Assembly (NCBI RefSeq): GCF_000021865.1
Contig: NC_014034.1
Location: 1,830,001-1,862,000, forward strand
Length of the DNA stretch: 32,000 nucleotides
Direction of reading: 5' to 3'
Source of the DNA: Rhodobacter capsulatus SB 1003
GTDB taxonomy: Bacteria; Pseudomonadota; Alphaproteobacteria; Rhodobacterales; Rhodobacteraceae
The position numbers and the translations under genes were made by a program. The first letter of the stretch is position 1. Each line of letters opens with the position of its first letter. Shown piece by piece: positions 1 to 9,242 of the stretch. Under the pieces are notes generated by a model that saw nothing but the letters and a program-made list of their open reading frames with translations, was not told the DNA's origin and did not search any database.

Positions 1-2775
1 TGGAACCCGGGGAGCGCGCAACCGGCCTTGCCCTGGCGGGGGCGGATCACGCTTTCGGTCGCGCCGGGGCGGGCGGGCAGCCCCGATGGCACGGCGGCGG
101 CCGAGGCGCAGGTGGCGGGGTTCTTCGGCGCTGCAAGCCCGGGGGATTCCGCGATTGCGGGGGGCGAGGTGGTCTATTCCGGCCCCGAGGAATGGTCGAT
201 GCGCCGGTTCATCCTGCATTATGCGCATCTGTGCCAGCTGGCGGGGGGCGTTGACGCCTTTTGCATCGGCACCGAGATGGTGGCGCTGACGCAGATCCGC
301 GGCCCGAGCAACAGCTTTCCCGCGGTGGCGGCGTTCCGGCAGCTGGCGGGTGAGGTCAAGGCGATCCTGGGGCCCGGCTGCAAGATCGGCTATGCCGCCG
401 ACTGGTCGGAATACTGGGGCTATGCGCCCGGCAATGGCGAGCGGTTCTTTCATCTGGACCCGCTTTGGGCGGATGAAAACATCGACTTCATCGGCATCGA
501 CAATTACCTGCCGCTGTCGGATTGGCGCGATGGCGCGGATCACGCCGATGCGGGTTGGGGCTCGATCCATGCGCTGGATTACCTGCGCAGCAATATCGAG
601 GGCGGGGAGTATTATGACTGGTTTTATGCCGCGCCCGAACATCGCGCGGCGCAGATTCGCACGCCGATCACCGATGGCGATCACGACGAGCCCTGGATCT
701 GGCGGGCGAAGGACCTGCGCAACTGGTGGCTGAACGACCATCACGAGCGGGTGGGGGGCCTGCGCTCGGAGGTGGCGACGGCCTGGGTGCCGCAGTCGAA
801 GCCGATCTGGTTCACCGAGATGGGCTGCGCGGCGATCGACAAGGGCACGAACCAGCCCAACAAGTTCCTCGATCCGAAAAGCTCGGAATCGGGCCTGCCG
901 CATCATTCCGACGGGCGGCGCGACGAGCTGATCCAGATGCAATATCTGCGCGCGATGACGGGCTACTGGGGGGAGGCGGCGAGGAACCCGGTCTCGGCGG
1001 TCTATGGCGGGCCGATGCTGGACATGAGCCGGGCGCATGTCTGGGCCTGGGATGCCCGGCCCTGGCCGCAATTTCCGCTCAACACCGCCTTGTGGTCGGA
1101 TGGCGAGAATTACGCGCGCGGGCACTGGATTTCGGGGCGCGCGGTGGCACAGCCGCTGGCGAGCGTGGTGGCCGAGATCTGCGGTGCGGCCGGGATCACG
1201 GAGATCGACGTGAGCGGGCTTTACGGGCTGGTGCGCGGCTACACGATGACGGGCGATCAGACCGGGCGCGCGGGGCTGCAGGCGCTGATGCTGGCCTATG
1301 GCTTCGAGGCGCTGGAACGCGACGGTCAGCTGGTGTTCCGGATGCGCGACGGGCGGGTGGCGGCCGATCTGGCCGCGGCGGATCTGGCGCTGGGCGAGGG
1401 CGAGGCGGTCGTCGAGACGGTGCGGGCGGCCGAGGCCGAGATCGCCGGGCGGGTGCGGCTGGCCTATGTCGAGGCGGAAGGCGATTTCGAGGTGAAGGCG
1501 GTCGAGGCGGTCTTTCCCGATGCGGCGGCGGGGGCGGCGGCGGGATCGGAGCTGTCGCTGGCGCTGACGCGGGCGCAGGCGCAGGGGATCGTCGGGCGGT
1601 GGCTGGCCGAGGCACGGGTGGCGCGGGACACGGCGCGGTTTGCGCTGCCGCCCTCGCGGGGGCATCTGGGCACGGGCGATGTGGTGCGGCTGGATCTGCC
1701 CGAGGGCAAGCGGCGCTACCGGATCGACCGGGTTGAGCAGGCGGGGCTGATCCAGGTCGAGGCGGTGCGGGTCGAGCCCGGGATCTATGCGCCCGCCGAC
1801 GAGGTCGAGGATCCGGCGAGCCTGCGCCCCTTTGCGGCGCCGGTGCCGGTGACGGCGGTGTTCCTGGATCTGCCGCTGATGAAAGGGGACGAGGACCCGG
1901 TTGCGCCGCATCTGGCGGTGACGGCGACGCCTTGGCCGGGGACGGTGGCGGTCTGGTCCTCGGACGAGGATGCGGGCTATGCGCTGAATGCGAGCTTGGG
2001 CACGCGGGCGGTGATCGGGCAGACGCTGACGCCGCTGTTTCGGGCGCGGCCCGGGGTCTGGGACCGGGGGGCGGCCTTGCGGGTGCGGCTGGCGAGCGGG
2101 GCGCTGGACTCGGCGACGGCGGCCAAGGTGCTGAACGGCGCGAATGCGATGGCGATCGGCGATGGCAGTTCGGAAAATTGGGAGGTGTTTCAATTCGCCG
2201 AGGCGGCGCTGGTGGAGGGCAAGATCTGGGACATCTCGCTGCGGCTGCGCGGGCAGCTGGGCACCGATGCGCTGATGCCCGAGGTCTGGCCCGAGGGCAG
2301 CGTGGTGGTGGCTTTGAATGGCGCGCCCGAGCAGATCCTGCTGCCGAGCGCCGCGCGCGGGCTGGCGCGACATTACCGGATCGGCGCGGCGGTGCGGTCT
2401 TATGACGATCCGTCCTTCGTGCATCGGATCGAGGCCTTTGCGGGGGCGGGGTTGCGGCCCTTTAGCCCGTGCCATCTGCGCGCCGAACCGGGGGCGAGCG
2501 GTTGGGCCTTTCGCTGGGTGCGCCGGACACGGATCGACGGCGACAGCTGGCAGGGCTATGAGGTGCCGCTGGGCGAGACGGCGGAACTTTATCTGGTCCG
2601 GGTGCTGGAGGGGACGGCGGTGAAGCGCGAGGTGACGGTGGGGGAGGCCAGCTGGAGCTATCCCGCGGCGCTGCAGGCGGCCGATGGCATTGCGGGCGCC
2701 TTCACGCTGGAGGTGGCGCAGGTGTCGGATGTGTATGGCCCGGGGCTGGCGGCGCGGATCACCGTGGGGGCCTGA
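1..2775 (+). CDS. g15: GTA g15-type host-specificity / TIM-barrel glycoside-hydrolase-like tail protein, 5'-truncated by window edge
   Basis: Frame 1 is open from base 1 to the stop at 2773-2775. The start at 28 is only the first start-like codon (TTG), so the gene continues upstream of the window. The translation has a TIM-barrel-like segment (FILHYAHLC..FCIGTEM..GIDNYLPLSDWRD..WFTEMGC) followed by a long phage-tail/host-specificity-like C-terminus, as in the terminal gene of Rhodobacter-type GTA clusters. It is followed by cysE, as recalled for RcGTA. Confidence 0.8.
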   Translation, partial: WNPGSAQPALPWRGRITLSVAPGRAGSPDGTAAAEAQVAGFFGAASPGDSAIAGGEVVYSGPEEWSMRRFILHYAHLCQLAGGVDAFCIGTEMVALTQIRGPSNSFPAVAAFRQLAGEVKAILGPGCKIGYAADWSEYWGYAPGNGERFFHLDPLWADENIDFIGIDNYLPLSDWRDGADHADAGWGSIHALDYLRSNIEGGEYYDWFYAAPEHRAAQIRTPITDGDHDEPWIWRAKDLRNWWLNDHHERVGGLRSEVATAWVPQSKPIWFTEMGCAAIDKGTNQPNKFLDPKSSESGLPHHSDGRRDELIQMQYLRAMTGYWGEAARNPVSAVYGGPMLDMSRAHVWAWDARPWPQFPLNTALWSDGENYARGHWISGRAVAQPLASVVAEICGAAGITEIDVSGLYGLVRGYTMTGDQTGRAGLQALMLAYGFEALERDGQLVFRMRDGRVAADLAAADLALGEGEAVVETVRAAEAEIAGRVRLAYVEAEGDFEVKAVEAVFPDAAAGAAAGSELSLALTRAQAQGIVGRWLAEARVARDTARFALPPSRGHLGTGDVVRLDLPEGKRRYRIDRVEQAGLIQVEAVRVEPGIYAPADEVEDPASLRPFAAPVPVTAVFLDLPLMKGDEDPVAPHLAVTATPWPGTVAVWSSDEDAGYALNASLGTRAVIGQTLTPLFRARPGVWDRGAALRVRLASGALDSATAAKVLNGANAMAIGDGSSENWEVFQFAEAALVEGKIWDISLRLRGQLGTDALMPEVWPEGSVVVALNGAPEQILLPSAARGLARHYRIGAAVRSYDDPSFVHRIEAFAGAGLRPFSPCHLRAEPGASGWAFRWVRRTRIDGDSWQGYEVPLGETAELYLVRVLEGTAVKREVTVGEASWSYPAALQAADGIAGAFTLEVAQVSDVYGPGLAARITVGA

Positions 2776-2778
2776 GGT

Positions 2779-3195
2779 GTGCGGCCGATCCTGATCGACG
2801 ATCTGCTGATCGCGGCGCGGGCGGTGGCGGCGCTCTCTGCCCCCGAGCGTCCGGCGCGGCTGGCACAATGGTTGCGCGAGGCGCATTGGGCCGATCTTTA
2901 CCGCAAGCGGCTGGCGCGGGCGCATCCGCTTTGGGGCAACGGCTCGCTGATGGGACGGGCCTTGCGCGAAGCGGGAGGGCGGGGGGTGCGCCCGGACCGC
3001 GCCGAGATCGACGATCTTGCAGAGGTGATCGCGGCGGTGCGGATCTGGCGCGCGCGGGGGCTTTGCAGTGCCGGTGAACGGCTCTATCTGAGGGGGCAGG
3101 CCTGTGTTAGGCTGACCCAAAGTCAAGGAGAGTCCCATGTCCAAAACCCGTGCGAAGGTCGCTGCCATCGATCCGGTGTGGATGCGGATCTGTGA
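2779..3195 (+). CDS. small hypothetical protein translationally coupled to g15 (138 aa as drawn)
   Basis: A GTG start lies 3 nt after the g15 stop, with GGGGG 8 nt upstream. GC3-rich codon usage holds to about codon 95 (about 3061) and then degrades. The 3' end overlaps the cysE RBS and start by 59 nt. I recognise no family; the motif HPLWGNGSLM is notable. Confidence 0.5.
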   Translation: MRPILIDDLLIAARAVAALSAPERPARLAQWLREAHWADLYRKRLARAHPLWGNGSLMGRALREAGGRGVRPDRAEIDDLAEVIAAVRIWRARGLCSAGERLYLRGQACVRLTQSQGESHVQNPCEGRCHRSGVDADL

Positions 3196-3955
3196 GGAGG
3201 CGCATGATGCCGTGGGGCAGGAACCGCTTCTGGGCGCCTTGATCCATGCCGGGCTTTTGCATCATGCGACGATGGAAAAGGCGCTGGCCTATCGGTTTTC
3301 GCTCAAACTCGCCTCGGGCGAGATGAGCGAGCAGTTGCTGCGCGAGATTGCGGATGACGCTTATGGGTCGGACCCCGATCTGGGGCAGGCGGCGCGGGCG
3401 GATCTGGTGGCGGTTTTCGATCGTGACCCGGCCTGCCACCGGTTCTTGCAGCCGATCCTGTTCTTCAAGGGCTATCAGGCGCTGCAAAGCTATCGCGTCG
3501 CGCATTGGCTGTGGCGGCAGGGGCGCAAGGACATGGCCTATTTCGTGCAGATGCGCACCTCGGAGGCGTTCGGGGTCGACATTCACCCGGCGGCGCGGAT
3601 CGGGCGCGGGGTGATGATCGACCACGCCCATTCGATCGTGATCGGGGAAACGGCGGTGGTGGGCGACAATGTCTCGATGCTGCATTCGGTGACACTGGGC
3701 GGCACCGGCAAGGAAGAACAGGACCGCCATCCGAAGATCGGCAATGGCGTCTTGATCGGGGCCGGGGCGAAGGTGCTGGGCAATATTCACGTCGGCGACA
3801 ATTCGCGGATCGCGGCGGGGTCCGTGGTGCTGGCCGATGTGCCGCGCTGCAAGACCGTGGCCGGGGTGCCCGCGAAGATCGTGGGCGAGGCGGGCTGTGC
3901 GCAGCCCTCGGTCAACATGGATCAGCAGTTGCGCGGCTGCGACTGCGAGGGCTGA
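3137..3955 (+). CDS. cysE: serine O-acetyltransferase
   Basis: AAGGAG at 3125-3130 precedes the ATG. There is an N-terminal SAT helical domain and a C-terminal hexapeptide-repeat left-handed beta-helix (GVDIHPAARIGRGVMIDHAHSIVIGETAVVGDNVSMLHSVTLGG..HPKIGNGVLIGAGAKVLGNIHVGDNSRIAAGSVV). Confidence 0.93.
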   Translation: MSKTRAKVAAIDPVWMRICEEAHDAVGQEPLLGALIHAGLLHHATMEKALAYRFSLKLASGEMSEQLLREIADDAYGSDPDLGQAARADLVAVFDRDPACHRFLQPILFFKGYQALQSYRVAHWLWRQGRKDMAYFVQMRTSEAFGVDIHPAARIGRGVMIDHAHSIVIGETAVVGDNVSMLHSVTLGGTGKEEQDRHPKIGNGVLIGAGAKVLGNIHVGDNSRIAAGSVVLADVPRCKTVAGVPAKIVGEAGCAQPSVNMDQQLRGCDCEG

Positions 3956-3963
3956 CCGGCGTC

Positions 3964-4623
3964 ATGGCGGGGCTGACGCGGATCAAGGCGCTGCCCTACC
4001 GGATCGTCACCAAGCTGGCGGGCGACGCGATTTCGCTGTTCGCCCGCATCCTGACCGCGCCGCGCGCGATCTGGTCGGGATCGGAGCCGCGGCCCGGCCC
4101 GCGGGTCTATTATTCCAACCACACGTCGAATGCGGATTTCGTGCTGATCTGGACGGTGCTGCCGCCGGTCTTGCGCAGCCGCACCCGGCCGGTGGCGGCG
4201 CTGGATTACTGGCTGGCCTCGCCGCTGCGGGCCTTTGCGGGCCGTGACGTGTTTCGTGCCGTGCTGATCGACCGTCGCCCCGAGGCGCGGACCGAGGATC
4301 CGGTGACGCAGATGGTCACGGCGCTGGATGCGGGCTCGGCCTTGATCCTGTTTCCCGAGGGGCGGCGGAACACCTCGGAGGCGCCGCTTTTGCCGTTCAA
4401 GTCGGGGCTTTTTCATCTGGCGCGGCAGCGCCCCGGGGTGGATCTGATCCCGGTCTGGATCTCGAACCTGAACCATGTGATGCCGCGGGGGCAGGTGATC
4501 CCGGTGCCGCTGATCTGTACCGTCACCTTTGGCGCGCCGATCCGGATTGCGCCCGATGAGGCGAAGGAGCGTTTCCTGACCCGCGCGGCGGCGGCGCTGG
4601 CGGAGCTGGGGGCGGCGCGATGA
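3964..4623 (+). CDS. PlsC-family 1-acyl-sn-glycerol-3-phosphate / lysophospholipid acyltransferase
   Basis: I chose the internal ATG at 3964, 8 nt after the cysE stop. The upstream part of the 3505 ORF is Arg/Gly-rich alternate-frame cysE sequence. The HX4D motif (NHTSNAD) and the FPEGRRN motif are both present. Confidence 0.85.
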   Translation: MAGLTRIKALPYRIVTKLAGDAISLFARILTAPRAIWSGSEPRPGPRVYYSNHTSNADFVLIWTVLPPVLRSRTRPVAALDYWLASPLRAFAGRDVFRAVLIDRRPEARTEDPVTQMVTALDAGSALILFPEGRRNTSEAPLLPFKSGLFHLARQRPGVDLIPVWISNLNHVMPRGQVIPVPLICTVTFGAPIRIAPDEAKERFLTRAAAALAELGAAR

Positions 4624-5558
4624 CCGGCCTTGCCCCCGCGCTGGTCGGCCTTGGCGGGATTCTGCTTCTGGCGGCGATCTTGGGTCAACTGCTGCGCGAG
4701 GCGATCGCGCCCGACGGGTTGCACCCGCTGATCGAGACGATGAATGCCCGGATTGCGGCCTGGTGGGCCTTTGCCGTGCTGATGGCCCTTGCGCTGCTGG
4801 CGGGAAAAGCGGGGGTGATCGGGCTGTTTTTGCTGGTGTCATTTTCCGCGCTTCGGGAATTTCTGACATTGACGAAAAAGAGCGTCGCCGATCACTGGAC
4901 GCTGGCGGCGAGTTTCTTCCTTGTCCTGCCGGCGCAGTATCTCTTCGTCGCCACGGGCTGGCAAAGCCTGGCCGCGCTGTTCGTGCCGGTACATGTCTTC
5001 CTGATCCTGCCGGTGATTTCCGCGCTGCAGGGACGGCCGGAGCAGTTCCTCGCCCGTGTGGCCGAGACGCAATGGGCGGTGATGATCTGCATCTATTGCA
5101 TCAGCGCCATTCCGGCGCTGCTCTGGCTGCCGATCCCGGGTTTCGAGGGGCGCAATCCGTTGTTGATCGCCTTCCTGATCCTTGTCGTGCAAACCTCTGA
5201 TATTGCGCAATTTGCCATCAGCCGTGGGGTCGGGCGGCGGCGCATTGCCCCGGCACTCTCGGCCTCGAAAACCTGGGAGGGGACGGCGGGCGGCATGGCC
5301 GTTGCGGTCTTGGTCGGGGGGGCGCTGTCCTGGCTGACGCCCTTCACCCCGGTGCAGGCGATGGGCGTCGGCCTTGTCCTTGCGCTGATGGGGGGCGTCG
5401 GTGATCTGGTGATGACGGCGATCAAGCGCGACAAGGGCACGCGCGACTGGGGCCATCTGATCGCGCCGCATGGCGGCTTCCTTGACCGGCTCGACAGCGT
5501 GATCTTTGCCGCGCCGATCTTTTATCAGCTGGTCCGGGTCTTCTGGGCAAGTCCCTGA
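4620..5558 (+). CDS. phosphatidate cytidylyltransferase (CDP-diglyceride synthase) family membrane protein
   Basis: An ATGA start/stop overlap joins it to the upstream acyltransferase. It is a multi-TM protein. The CdsA signature region is present (SKTWEG..AIKRDKGTRDWGHLIAPHGGFLDRLDS). Confidence 0.85.
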   Translation: MTGLAPALVGLGGILLLAAILGQLLREAIAPDGLHPLIETMNARIAAWWAFAVLMALALLAGKAGVIGLFLLVSFSALREFLTLTKKSVADHWTLAASFFLVLPAQYLFVATGWQSLAALFVPVHVFLILPVISALQGRPEQFLARVAETQWAVMICIYCISAIPALLWLPIPGFEGRNPLLIAFLILVVQTSDIAQFAISRGVGRRRIAPALSASKTWEGTAGGMAVAVLVGGALSWLTPFTPVQAMGVGLVLALMGGVGDLVMTAIKRDKGTRDWGHLIAPHGGFLDRLDSVIFAAPIFYQLVRVFWASP

Positions 5559-5559
5559 A

Positions 5560-5589
5560 ACGCAAAAGCGGCAGGGTTGCCCCCGCCGC
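5560..5589 (-). terminator. intrinsic terminator of the pdh operon (possibly also stops cdsA-like read-through)
   Basis: The hairpin is GCGGCAGGG-ttgc-CCCCGCCGC (5568-5589, one A.C mismatch). On the minus strand it is followed by TTTTGCG. Confidence 0.7.
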
Positions 5590-5611
5590 CATGGTGCCGA
5601 TTTCGGAAATT

Positions 5612-6868
5612 TCAGGCCAGCATCGCCATCGGGTTTTCCAGATTGGACACGATCGCGGCCAGAAGCTCGGCCCCCAGCGCGCCGTCGATCACCCGGTGAT
5701 CGACCGAGAGCGTCAGCGCCATCATCGTGGCCACCTCGATCGTGCCCGAAGCGCTCACCACGGGTTTCTTCACCCCCGCGCCCACGGCCAGAATCGCGCC
5801 ATGCGGCGGGTTGATCACCGCGTCGAAGCTTTCGATCCCCATCATCCCCAGGTTCGAGATCGCAAACGACCCGCCCTGATATTCGTGCGGGGCGAGTTTC
5901 CGGTCCCGCGCGCGCTTGGCCAGATCCTTCATCTGCGCCGACAGCTGGCTCAGCGATTTCGTATCGGCATCCTGCAGCACGGGGGTGAAAAGCCCGCCCT
6001 CGATCGCCACGGCCACGGCCACGTCCGAGGCCTGCATCTGCAGCACCCGATCCCCCGCCCAGACTGCATTCGCCGCCGGAATCGCCTGCAGCGCCAGGGC
6101 ACTGGCCTTGATGATGAAATCATTCACCGAAAGCTTGACGCCGCGCGCCGAAAGCTGCCGGTTCAGCTCCTCGCGGAAGGACAAAAGCGCATCCAGACGC
6201 ACCTCGCGGCGCAGGTAGAAATGCGGGATCGTCTGCTTCGCCTCGGTCAGCCGCGCCGCAATCACCCGACGCATGCCATCGAGCGGGATCTCGGTATAGG
6301 CCCGGCCCTCATAAAGCTTCGCGACCGTCGCAGCCGAGACGGGTGCCGGAGCAGGGGCCGCCACAAGGACCGGAGCCGCCGCAGGCGCGGGTTTCGCCAC
6401 CGCGCCTTCGACATCGGCCTTGACGATCCGCCCATGCGGGCCGGACCCCGAAATCGCCGCCAGATCCAGCCCCTTGTCGGCCGCAATCCGCCGCGCCAAG
6501 GGCGAGGCGAAGATCCGCGCGCCCGCCGCTTTCGGCACGACCGGCGCCGCGGGCGTCGCCACCGCAGGCGCTGCGACCGGGGCAGGGGCCGCGGCCTTCG
6601 CCACCGGCGCAACCTCGGCGCTGCCGCCCTCTTCGATCAGCACGGCGATGGCGGCATTCACCTTCACCCCCGAAGTGCCCTCGGCCACCAGAAGCTTGCC
6701 GATCACGCCTTCATCGACCGCCTCGAATTCCATCGTCGCCTTGTCGGTCTCGATCTCGGCGATGATCTGGCCCGATTTGACCGCATCGCCTTCCTTGACC
6801 AGCCATTTTGCCAGCGTGCCCTCCTCCATCGTGGGGGACAAAGCGGGCATCAGGATTTCCACAGCCAT
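5612..6868 (-). CDS. pdhC: pyruvate dehydrogenase complex E2, dihydrolipoamide acetyltransferase
   Basis: It has an N-terminal lipoyl domain ([10 protein letters not shown]), Ala/Pro linkers, a peripheral subunit-binding domain ([17 protein letters not shown]) and a catalytic domain ending in DHRVIDGA. Confidence 0.95.
   Translation of the reverse strand: MAVEILMPALSPTMEEGTLAKWLVKEGDAVKSGQIIAEIETDKATMEFEAVDEGVIGKLLVAEGTSGVKVNAAIAVLIEEGGSAEVAPVAKAAAPAPVAAPAVATPAAPVVPKAAGARIFASPLARRIAADKGLDLAAISGSGPHGRIVKADVEGAVAKPAPAAAPVLVAAPAPAPVSAATVAKLYEGRAYTEIPLDGMRRVIAARLTEAKQTIPHFYLRREVRLDALLSFREELNRQLSARGVKLSVNDFIIKASALALQAIPAANAVWAGDRVLQMQASDVAVAVAIEGGLFTPVLQDADTKSLSQLSAQMKDLAKRARDRKLAPHEYQGGSFAISNLGMMGIESFDAVINPPHGAILAVGAGVKKPVVSASGTIEVATMMALTLSVDHRVIDGALGAELLAAIVSNLENPMAMLA
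6654..6868 (-). repeat. lipoyl-domain coding repeat, copy in pdhC
   Basis: This 215-nt segment aligns without gaps to 8011-8225. My hand count gives about 85% identity, with identical runs of 38 and 44 nt. Confidence 0.9.
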
Positions 6869-6875
6869 CTTTCCC

Positions 6876-8225
6876 TCACCGATAGCAGACGCGTTTGACC
6901 GCCGCGACGACCTCGTCCGAGGTCACCAGCGCCAGTTTCTCAAGGTTCGCCGCATAGGGCATCGGCACGTCTTTCCCCGTGCAGTTGATCACCGGTGCAT
7001 CGAGATAATCGAACGCGCGTTCCATGATCGTTGCGGACAGATGGTTGCCGATCGAACCCACCGGCCAGCCTTCCTCCACCGTGACACAGCGGTTCGTCTT
7101 CATCACCGAGGCCAGAACCGTATCATAGTCAATCGGCCGCAGGGTGCGCAGGTCGATCACCTCGGCCGAGATCCCCTCGGCCGCCAGCTTGTCGGCGGCC
7201 TCCAGCGCATGCGCCATCCCGATTCCGAAACTGACGAGCGTGACATCGGTGCCCTCGCGCCAGATCCGCGCCTTGCCGAAGGGCACGGTGAAATCGTCAA
7301 GCACCGGCACCTCGAAGGACCGCCCGTACAGGATCTCGTTTTCGAGGAAAATCACCGGGTTCGGGTCGCGGATCGCGGATTTCAGCAAGCCCTTCGCATC
7401 GGCCGCCGAATAGGGCATCACCACTTTCAGACCGGGGATCTGCGCATACCAGGCGGCATAATCCTGACTGTGCTGCGCCGCAACGCGCGCCGCCGCCCCG
7501 TTCGCGCCGCGGAAGACGATCGGACAGCCGAGCTGACCGCCCGACATGTAAAGCGTCTTCGCCGCCGAGTTGATGATCTGGTCGATCGCCTGCATGGCGA
7601 AGTTGAAGGTCATGAATTCGACGATCGGCTTCAGCCCGCCAAAGGCGGCGCCGACCGCGATGCCGGTGAAGCCATGCTCCGTAATCGGCGTGTCGATCAC
7701 CCGTTGCGCGCCGAATTCATCAAGCAGCCCTTGGGACACCTTGTAGGCGCCCTGATAATTCGCCGACTTCTCGCCCATCAGGAACACCGTCTGATCGGCC
7801 CGCATCTCCTCAGCCATCGCCTCGCGCAAAGCTTCGCGCACCGACATCGTCTTCATCGCCGTGCCTTCCGGCCAATCGGCCGAGGCTTTCGACACGACCG
7901 GCGCCGCCGCGACCGGGGCCGCCACAACCGGGGCAGGGGCCTTCGCCACCGGCGCCGCCTTCGGCACGGGCGCCGCTTCGACACCCTCGCCCGAAAGCCG
8001 CAGGATCGGCGCATTCACCTTCACCCCCGAAGTGCCCTCGGCCACCAGCAGTTCCACCACCGTGCCCTCGTCCACCGCCTCGAATTCCATCGTCGCCTTG
8101 TCGGTCTCGATCTCGGCGAGGATCTGGCCCGATTTGACCACATCCCCCGCCTTCACCAGCCATTTCGCCAGCGTGCCCTCTTCCATCGTCGGAGACAGCG
8201 CGGGCATCAACACGTCAATTGCCAT
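6876..8225 (-). CDS. pdhB: pyruvate dehydrogenase E1 beta subunit with N-terminal lipoyl domain
   Basis: A lipoyl domain and Ala/Pro linker are fused to a transketolase-like E1 beta core ([25 protein letters not shown]). An SD (GGAGAGAG) precedes the ATG. This fusion is typical of alphaproteobacteria. Confidence 0.95.
   Translation of the reverse strand: MAIDVLMPALSPTMEEGTLAKWLVKAGDVVKSGQILAEIETDKATMEFEAVDEGTVVELLVAEGTSGVKVNAPILRLSGEGVEAAPVPKAAPVAKAPAPVVAAPVAAAPVVSKASADWPEGTAMKTMSVREALREAMAEEMRADQTVFLMGEKSANYQGAYKVSQGLLDEFGAQRVIDTPITEHGFTGIAVGAAFGGLKPIVEFMTFNFAMQAIDQIINSAAKTLYMSGGQLGCPIVFRGANGAAARVAAQHSQDYAAWYAQIPGLKVVMPYSAADAKGLLKSAIRDPNPVIFLENEILYGRSFEVPVLDDFTVPFGKARIWREGTDVTLVSFGIGMAHALEAADKLAAEGISAEVIDLRTLRPIDYDTVLASVMKTNRCVTVEEGWPVGSIGNHLSATIMERAFDYLDAPVINCTGKDVPMPYAANLEKLALVTSDEVVAAVKRVCYR
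8011..8225 (-). repeat. lipoyl-domain coding repeat, copy in pdhB
   Basis: This is the partner of 6654-6868. Confidence 0.9.
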
Positions 8226-8237
8226 CGTTCTCTCTCC

Positions 8238-9242
8238 TCAGGCGTAAATGTCGGTCCAAAGCTCGGTCAACGCGGGCTCGGGGCTTTCCTTCGAAAACTC
8301 CGCCGCCTCGTTCACGATCGCCTTGATCTCGCGGTCGATGGCCTTGAGGTCCTCATCCGTCGCCTGACCCGAGGAAATCAGCAACTCCCGCACGTTTTCA
8401 ATCGCATCGCGTTCGTCGCGCATCTTCTGCACTTCCTCGCGGGTGCGGTATTTCGCCGGGTCCGACATCGAATGGCCGCGGTAGCGATAGGTTTTCACTT
8501 CCAGAATGTACGGCCCCGCGCCCGAGCGGCAATGCGCAACCGCCTTTTCCGAGGCTGCCTTCACCGCCAGCACATCCATGCCATCGACGATCTCGCCCGG
8601 AATGCCGAAAGCCTCGCCGCGCATGTAGATGTCGGGCGTCGAGGTCGAGCGTTTCTGCGCCGTCCCCATCGCATATTGGTTGTTTTCGATCACGAAAATC
8701 ACCGGCAGCTTCCAAAGCGCCGCCATGTTGAAGGTCTCGTAGACCTGGCCCTGGTTCGCCGCGCCGTCACCGAAATAGGCAAACGTCACATTGTCATTGC
8801 CCAGATATTTGTCGGCGAAGGCCAGCCCCGCGCCCAGCGGCACCTGCGCGCCGACGATGCCGTGCCCGCCGTAGAAATGCTTTTCTTTCGAGAACATGTG
8901 CATCGAGCCGCCCTTGCCCTTGGACAAGCCCCCCTCGCGCCCGGTCAGTTCCGCCATCACGCCCTTGGGGTCCATGCCGCAGGCCAGCATGTGGCCGTGA
9001 TCGCGATACGAGGTGATGCGCTTGTCGCCCGGCTTCGTCGCGGCTTCCAGCCCCACGACCACCGCTTCCTGCCCGATATACAGATGGCAGAAACCGCCGA
9101 TCAGGCCCATGCCATAAAGCTGACCGGCCTTTTCCTCGAACCGGCGGATCATCAGCATGTCACGGTAATATGTGAGCAATTCTTCCTTCGAGACATTGGG
9201 GCGCGCTTGCGCCGCGGTCTCGGGGGTCTTGCGTGTCGCCAT
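8238..9242 (-). CDS. pdhA: pyruvate dehydrogenase E1 alpha subunit
   Basis: I chose the internal start MATRKTPE at 9242, which has GGGAGG upstream. The TPP-binding E1 alpha motifs are present (GFCHLYIGQEA, GDGAANQGQ, YRYRGHSMSDP). Confidence 0.92.
   Translation of the reverse strand: MATRKTPETAAQARPNVSKEELLTYYRDMLMIRRFEEKAGQLYGMGLIGGFCHLYIGQEAVVVGLEAATKPGDKRITSYRDHGHMLACGMDPKGVMAELTGREGGLSKGKGGSMHMFSKEKHFYGGHGIVGAQVPLGAGLAFADKYLGNDNVTFAYFGDGAANQGQVYETFNMAALWKLPVIFVIENNQYAMGTAQKRSTSTPDIYMRGEAFGIPGEIVDGMDVLAVKAASEKAVAHCRSGAGPYILEVKTYRYRGHSMSDPAKYRTREEVQKMRDERDAIENVRELLISSGQATDEDLKAIDREIKAIVNEAAEFSKESPEPALTELWTDIYA

Noticed and set aside
726-1736. Alternate-frame and antisense ORFs lie inside g15 (726-1736 on the plus strand, 1196-1615 on the minus strand, and others).
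   Set aside because: They are Gly/Arg/Pro-rich translations embedded in a long, well-behaved reading frame. They have no SD and no domain signal.
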